Notes under the pieces: model-generated | The model's input: the letters and a program-made list of their open reading frames with translations, nothing else | What the model was told of the DNA's origin: nothing | The model's database searches: none | From: Alphaproteobacteria bacterium | GTDB lineage: Bacteria; Pseudomonadota; Alphaproteobacteria; SP197 | DNA: 64,000 nucleotides | Assembly: GCA_965228895.1 (NCBI GenBank) | Contig: OZ245842.1 | Location: forward strand, 3,488,001-3,552,000 | Direction: 5' to 3' | Part shown: positions 58,253-64,000 of the stretch, piece after piece | Layout: each line of letters opens with the position of its first letter | Numbering within the stretch: position 1 is the stretch's first letter | Program-made: the position numbers and the translations under genes

Positions 58253-59227
58253 CTACCCCACCTTCTCCGCGTGGTGACAGGCGACCATACGGCCGGCGAC
58301 ATCGCGCAGGGGCGGCGTGTCGGTCTTGCAGATGTCTGTCGCCAGCGGGCAACGGGTGTGGAAGGCACAGGCCTTCGGCGGGTTCAGCGGCGACGGCAGC
58401 TCGCCCTTCAGCGGTACGCGTTCGGCACGTTTCTTGGGATCGACACGCGGGGTCGAGGCCATCAGCGCGCGGGTATAGGGATGGCGCGCACCGGCGAAGA
58501 TCGTCTTGGCCGGCCCCTGCTCCACCGGGCGGCCAAGATACATCACCATGACGTCGTCAGCGATGTGGCGGACCACCGAGAGGTCATGGCTGATGAAAAG
58601 ATAGGCCAGATCGAACTCCGCCTGCAGGTCGGCGAGCAGGTTCAGCACCTGGGCCTGGACCGAGATATCGAGCGCGGAGACCGGCTCGTCGGCGACGACG
58701 ATGGCCGGGTTCAGCATCAAGGCGCGCGCAACCGCGATGCGCTGGCGCTGACCGCCGGAGAACATGTGGGGATAGCGGTCAAGATGCTCGGGCCTTAAGC
58801 CCACCTTGGTAATCATCGCGCGCGCGAGCTCACGGCGTTCGGCGCTCCTCATCGACCGGTTCACGACCAGCGGTTCGGCCAGGATCGCGCCGACCTTGCG
58901 GCGCGGGTTAAGCGAACCGTAAGGATCCTGGAAGACGATCTGTACCTGGTCGCGCAAGGCCGCGACGTCGCTTCTGTGGGCCGTCGCGATATCGTGGCCG
59001 TTGATCGCCAGGTTGCCGCGGGTCGGGCGCTCGATCATGGTGACGAGCCGGGCCAGGGTCGACTTGCCGCAGCCGGACTCGCCGACCACCGCCAGCGAGC
59101 GGCCGCGCGCCAGGGTGAAGCTCGCACCATCCAGCGCCTTGACCGTCGCCTTGCCCTTTAGCCAGCCGCGACGGACCTCATAGTGACGCGCGAGGTCATG
59201 GGCTTCCAGGATGACCGCGCCGGTCAT
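58253..59227 (-). CDS. dppF: Dipeptide ABC transporter ATP-binding subunit
   Basis: [37 protein letters not shown]. Confidence 0.93.
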   Translation of the reverse strand: MTGAVILEAHDLARHYEVRRGWLKGKATVKALDGASFTLARGRSLAVVGESGCGKSTLARLVTMIERPTRGNLAINGHDIATAHRSDVAALRDQVQIVFQDPYGSLNPRRKVGAILAEPLVVNRSMRSAERRELARAMITKVGLRPEHLDRYPHMFSGGQRQRIAVARALMLNPAIVVADEPVSALDISVQAQVLNLLADLQAEFDLAYLFISHDLSVVRHIADDVMVMYLGRPVEQGPAKTIFAGARHPYTRALMASTPRVDPKKRAERVPLKGELPSPLNPPKACAFHTRCPLATDICKTDTPPLRDVAGRMVACHHAEKVG

Positions 59228-60186
59228 GACAGCACCACGTCTTCGCGCGGGAAGTAGCAGCGTACGCGACCGCCACGGTGCTCAACCAGCGGCGGCGCGG
59301 CTTCGTTGCACGTGGCTTCGGCGAAACGGCAGCGTGGCGCGAACAGACAACCGGGCGGCCGGTCATGGGCGCCGGGCACCGTGCCCGGAATCGCCGGCAA
59401 GCGGCCTTTCTCCGGCGCGCGCTCGGGCAGTGCCTCCAACAGCGCGGCGGTATAGGGGTGACCGGGCCGGGCGAACAGTTGGTCGGCGCCACGTTCCTCC
59501 ATAATGTTGCCGGCATACATCACGGCAACGCGCTGCGCCGTCTCGGCGACGACCGCCATGTCGTGGGTGATCAGGATCAGCGTCATGCCGCGTTCGCGTT
59601 GCAGCTGCAGCAGCAGATCCAGGATCTGCGCCTGGATGGTGACATCCAGCGCCGTCGTTGGTTCGTCGGCGATCAAAAGACGCGGGTTGCACGAGATCGC
59701 CATGGCGATCATGACGCGCTGGTTCATGCCGCCGGAAAGCTGATGCGGGAATGCGGAGAGACGCTGGGCCGCATCGGGAATACCGACCAGATCCAGCAGC
59801 TCGATCGCGCGTTTGCGCCGGGCTCGCCGGTCAAGCCCCTCATGCACCCGCAACTGCTCCATGATCTGGAAGCCGACCGTGAAGCACGGGTTCAGGCTTG
59901 TCATCGGCTCCTGAAAGATCATCGCGATATCCTTGCCGACGATGCGCCGGCGTTCGCGATTGGAGATCCCCAAGAGGTCGCGGCCGTCGAACGCCAGCTT
60001 GTCGGCATGGACCAGGCCGGGAAACGCGATCAGACCCATCAGCGCCAGCGACGTTACCGATTTGCCGGAGCCGGACTCGCCGACCACGCCCAACACGTCG
60101 CCCTCTTCGATCGTGAGGCTCACACCGTCGACGGCGCGGAAGCCACCGAACTCCACGCTGAGGTTTTCGATTTCAACCAGCGGCAT
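59224..60186 (-). CDS. dppD: Dipeptide ABC transporter ATP-binding subunit
   Basis: [41 protein letters not shown]. Confidence 0.93.
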   Translation of the reverse strand: MPLVEIENLSVEFGGFRAVDGVSLTIEEGDVLGVVGESGSGKSVTSLALMGLIAFPGLVHADKLAFDGRDLLGISNRERRRIVGKDIAMIFQEPMTSLNPCFTVGFQIMEQLRVHEGLDRRARRKRAIELLDLVGIPDAAQRLSAFPHQLSGGMNQRVMIAMAISCNPRLLIADEPTTALDVTIQAQILDLLLQLQRERGMTLILITHDMAVVAETAQRVAVMYAGNIMEERGADQLFARPGHPYTAALLEALPERAPEKGRLPAIPGTVPGAHDRPPGCLFAPRCRFAEATCNEAAPPLVEHRGGRVRCYFPREDVVLS

Positions 60187-60190
60187 CGGT

Positions 60191-61108
<918 letters not shown>

Positions 61109-61133
61109 GACCACTCTCGCATGAACCGGGACC

Positions 61134-62153
61134 TCATTGCCGTTCCGCCACGTGGCGAATGCGCGGATTGACCACGCCGTAGAGAACATCGACCAGCAGG
61201 TTAACCGTCATGATGACGGTGGCGACCAGCAGCACGCCGCCCTGTACCGTCGGATAGTCGCGCCGCCTCACCGATTCGATCAGCCACTTGCCGATACCCG
61301 GCCACGAAAAGATCGTTTCGGTCAGGATGGCGCCGGCCAGCAGAATGCCGGTCGCCAAGCCGATCACCGTGATGACCGGGATCAGCGCGTTGCGCAGCGC
61401 ATGCACCGTCACCACGCGAAACGGTGACAAGCCTTTGGCGCGCGCCGTCCGGACATAGTCTTCGTTCAAGACCTCCAGCATGGACGAACGCGTCATGCGC
61501 GCGATGATGGCAAGCGGAATGGTGCCAAGCGCCACCGCCGGCAGGATGAGATGGCGCACCGCCGACCAGAAGGCGCCGTCCTCGTCGGACAGCAACGTAT
61601 CGATCAGCATGAAGCCGGTCTCGTGGTCGACCCAGAAGATCGCCGAAATGCGCCCGGAGACAGGCGTCCAGCCCAGGTTGACGGAAAAGAACAGAACGAG
61701 CAGCAGCGCCCACCAGAAGATCGGCATGGAGAAACCGGTGACGGCGACGCCCATCACCGCATAGTCGGCGGCGGTGCCGCGTCTGACCGCGGCAATCACT
61801 CCCAGTGGCAAACCGATCACGATCGCAAAGATCATGGCGCAGACTGCCAGCTCGACGGTCGCGGGGAAGCGGTCAAAAAACTCTCTGAGGACAGGTTCTT
61901 TGGTGACGACGGAGCTACCGAAATCGCCTTCCGCGATGCCGGCGAGATAAAGCCCGTATTGTTCCAGAAGCGGTTTGTCGAAACCGAACTTGGCTTTCAG
62001 CTCCGCGTGTCGTTCGGGGTTGATACCCCGTTCGCCGGCCATCATCTCGATCGGATCGCCCGGCACCAGCCGGATCAAGGCGAAGGTCAGAAGCGTCACC
62101 CCCAAGAATGTGGGGATCAGCAACCCGACGCGTCGCAGGATGAATCTCAGCAT
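61134..62153 (-). CDS. dppB: Dipeptide ABC permease
   Basis: PGDP, SMPIFW, YVRTARAKG, HALRNA, RRDYP. Confidence 0.93.
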   Translation of the reverse strand: MLRFILRRVGLLIPTFLGVTLLTFALIRLVPGDPIEMMAGERGINPERHAELKAKFGFDKPLLEQYGLYLAGIAEGDFGSSVVTKEPVLREFFDRFPATVELAVCAMIFAIVIGLPLGVIAAVRRGTAADYAVMGVAVTGFSMPIFWWALLLVLFFSVNLGWTPVSGRISAIFWVDHETGFMLIDTLLSDEDGAFWSAVRHLILPAVALGTIPLAIIARMTRSSMLEVLNEDYVRTARAKGLSPFRVVTVHALRNALIPVITVIGLATGILLAGAILTETIFSWPGIGKWLIESVRRRDYPTVQGGVLLVATVIMTVNLLVDVLYGVVNPRIRHVAERQ

Positions 62154-62172
62154 GGTCTAGCTTAAGTGGCGA

Positions 62173-62205
62173 CGGGCGGCGGATGCTTTTGACATCCGCC
62201 GCCCG
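62173..62205 (-). terminator. dppA-dppB intergenic stem-loop
   Basis: Perfect 13-bp IR cgggcggcggatg / catccgccgcccg. Confidence 0.65.
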
Positions 62206-62234
62206 CAGCCAGCAGCGCCCCCTAGTGGCCCTGC

Positions 62235-63836
62235 TTATTCGGCAAGATCGACGCCATAGAACGGATGGCCGCCGAACGGATCGATCTTGTAGTTCTGAAC
62301 GTTGTTGAGCATCGGCATGAAGACGACCGAATGAGCGATCGTTACCCATGGCGCTTCTTCCTTGAAGATCACCTGGGCTTCTTCGTAAAGCCGCGTGCGT
62401 TCATCAGGATCGCTGCTCTGCTTGGCCTGCTGCAGCAGATCGTCGAACGGCTCGTGGCACCAACGGGCTCGGTTCGCACCGTCCGCCGCCGCACAGCCCA
62501 ACAGCACATGCAGGAAGTTGTCGGGATCGCCGTTGTCGCCGGTCCAGCCCAGCAGCAGCATCTGGTGTTCACCGTTCTTCGAGCGGTCCAGATACTCGCC
62601 CCATTCGTAGGTGACGATCTGCGCGTTGATACCGATCTCGGCGAGGTCCGCCTGCATCATCTCGGCCATGCGCGCGGCGTTGGGGTTGTAAGGACGCTGC
62701 ACCGGCATGGCCCACAGATCGGTCGAGAAACCGTCGGGGTAACCGGCCTCGGCCAGCAACGCCTTGGCCTGCTCGGGATCGTACTCGTAGTCGGTGATGT
62801 TGTCGTTGTAGGACCAGATCGTCGGCGGGATCGGGTTCTTGGCCTTGACGCCGGCGCCCAGATAGACGGCTTCGATGATCGCGTCGCGGTCGATCGCCAT
62901 GTTGATGGCTTGACGCACGCGCGTATCGGTGAACGGATCTTTCTCCGTGTTCATGGCGAGATAGCCGACGTTCAGGCCTTCCTGCTGCATAACGTTGATG
63001 TTCGGGTCGGCCATCATGGCTTCCAGATCCGCCGGGTTCGGGTACGGCATGATGTGACATTCACCGGCCTGCAGCTTGTTGTAGCGCTGGGTCGGGTCGA
63101 TCGTGATCAAGAACACCAAGCGGTCGATCGGCGCGCGACCGCGCCAGTAGTCGTCGAAGGCGCGATAGTCGATGCGCTCATCCTTGACATAGCGCACCAT
63201 CTGGAAAGGGCCCGTGCCAATCGGCTCCAGGTCGAACTTGTCCGGCGTGCCGGCCGCCATCATGGCATCGGCATACTCGGCCGACATGATGGTGGCGAAG
63301 TCCATGCCCAGGTTGGCGATCATCGGCGCTTCAGGCTGGTTCAAGGTCATGACCACCGTCATGTCATCGGTCTTCTCGACCGATGCCAAAAGGTTCGGCA
63401 TGTCCATACCTTGAAAGTACTCGTAACTGCCGCCCGACACGTTGTGATAGGGGTGATCGGGATCAAGCTGACGGTTGAAGCTGAAAACGACGTCATCGGC
63501 ATTGAAGTCGCGGGTCGGCGTGAAGTTGTCGCTGGACTGCCACTTCACACCAGGGCGAAGGTAGAAGGTGTAGACGAGACCGTCGTCGGAGACTTCCCAG
63601 CTTTCCGCCAGAGCAGGCTCGATGTTGGTCGAACCACGTTCGAATTCGACAAGCCTGTTGAAGACGTTGCGCGATGAAGCATCAAAGGTCGTTCCTGCGG
63701 TGTAGAGTGACGGATTGAAGCCCTCCGGGCTCGCTTCCGAACAGTAGACCAGCGTCTTTTCTGCCTGGGCTTCGCCCGCGGCAACACCAAAGGTCGCCAG
63801 CGCTGCCACCAGCGCCGTCAGCATTTTGTTTTTCAT
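62235..63836 (-). CDS. dppA: Dipeptide ABC substrate-binding protein
   Basis: KTLVYCSEASPEGFNP, WAMPVQRPYNPNA, YEWGEY, GWTGDNGDPDNF. Confidence 0.95.
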   Translation of the reverse strand: MKNKMLTALVAALATFGVAAGEAQAEKTLVYCSEASPEGFNPSLYTAGTTFDASSRNVFNRLVEFERGSTNIEPALAESWEVSDDGLVYTFYLRPGVKWQSSDNFTPTRDFNADDVVFSFNRQLDPDHPYHNVSGGSYEYFQGMDMPNLLASVEKTDDMTVVMTLNQPEAPMIANLGMDFATIMSAEYADAMMAAGTPDKFDLEPIGTGPFQMVRYVKDERIDYRAFDDYWRGRAPIDRLVFLITIDPTQRYNKLQAGECHIMPYPNPADLEAMMADPNINVMQQEGLNVGYLAMNTEKDPFTDTRVRQAINMAIDRDAIIEAVYLGAGVKAKNPIPPTIWSYNDNITDYEYDPEQAKALLAEAGYPDGFSTDLWAMPVQRPYNPNAARMAEMMQADLAEIGINAQIVTYEWGEYLDRSKNGEHQMLLLGWTGDNGDPDNFLHVLLGCAAADGANRARWCHEPFDDLLQQAKQSSDPDERTRLYEEAQVIFKEEAPWVTIAHSVVFMPMLNNVQNYKIDPFGGHPFYGVDLAE

Positions 63837-64000
63837 GTTCCCTCCGAAAGACGAATGACGGGGGCGAGCACATCGCGCGTCATTCAACCACCCTTGTTTG
63901 CCCCTAAAGAGTGATTAAACCCTCTCGGAATCGTGGTCAACGCATGTGTGGTTCGCGTACACTGACCGTCACGTAGATATGAAACGCGAAGTCCACACGC

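Overview
GC-rich alphaproteobacterial-type chromosome (inferred from gene content and REP-like repeats), about 65 genes. Most encode amino-acid, amine and peptide uptake and catabolism: cobalamin riboswitch-bluB, dgcN-dgcA, a TAXI-TRAP system with a USP, a HisJQMP-type ABC transporter, three AstE-family deacylases, two double-domain EctC-like genes, cydAB with a GbsR regulator, Rieske/HD/LysR, P450-TetR-2xPhyH-TMADH-like genes, six GFA domains and dppABCDF. The standout is an AT-richer cassette at 39.6-40.8 kb on the minus strand, converging on two orphan contractile-injection/baseplate genes. It contains a sigma70-like promoter, a ~170-nt structured RNA closed by a1/a2-like inverted repeats, an unannotated 38-aa hydrophobic ORF whose Shine-Dalgarno can be sequestered by the RNA 5' end, and a very short (262 aa) retron-like reverse transcriptase. 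This is a candidate minimal retron-type antiphage system with a translational switch. Other leads: a LapG-like peptidase near a (GGSN)n protein carrying a PAAG motif, four orphan EctC domains beside DoeB/EutE-family deacylases, and an in-frame TAA interrupting the TMADH-like gene. All calls come from motif recognition by eye; no database searches or folding programs were run.
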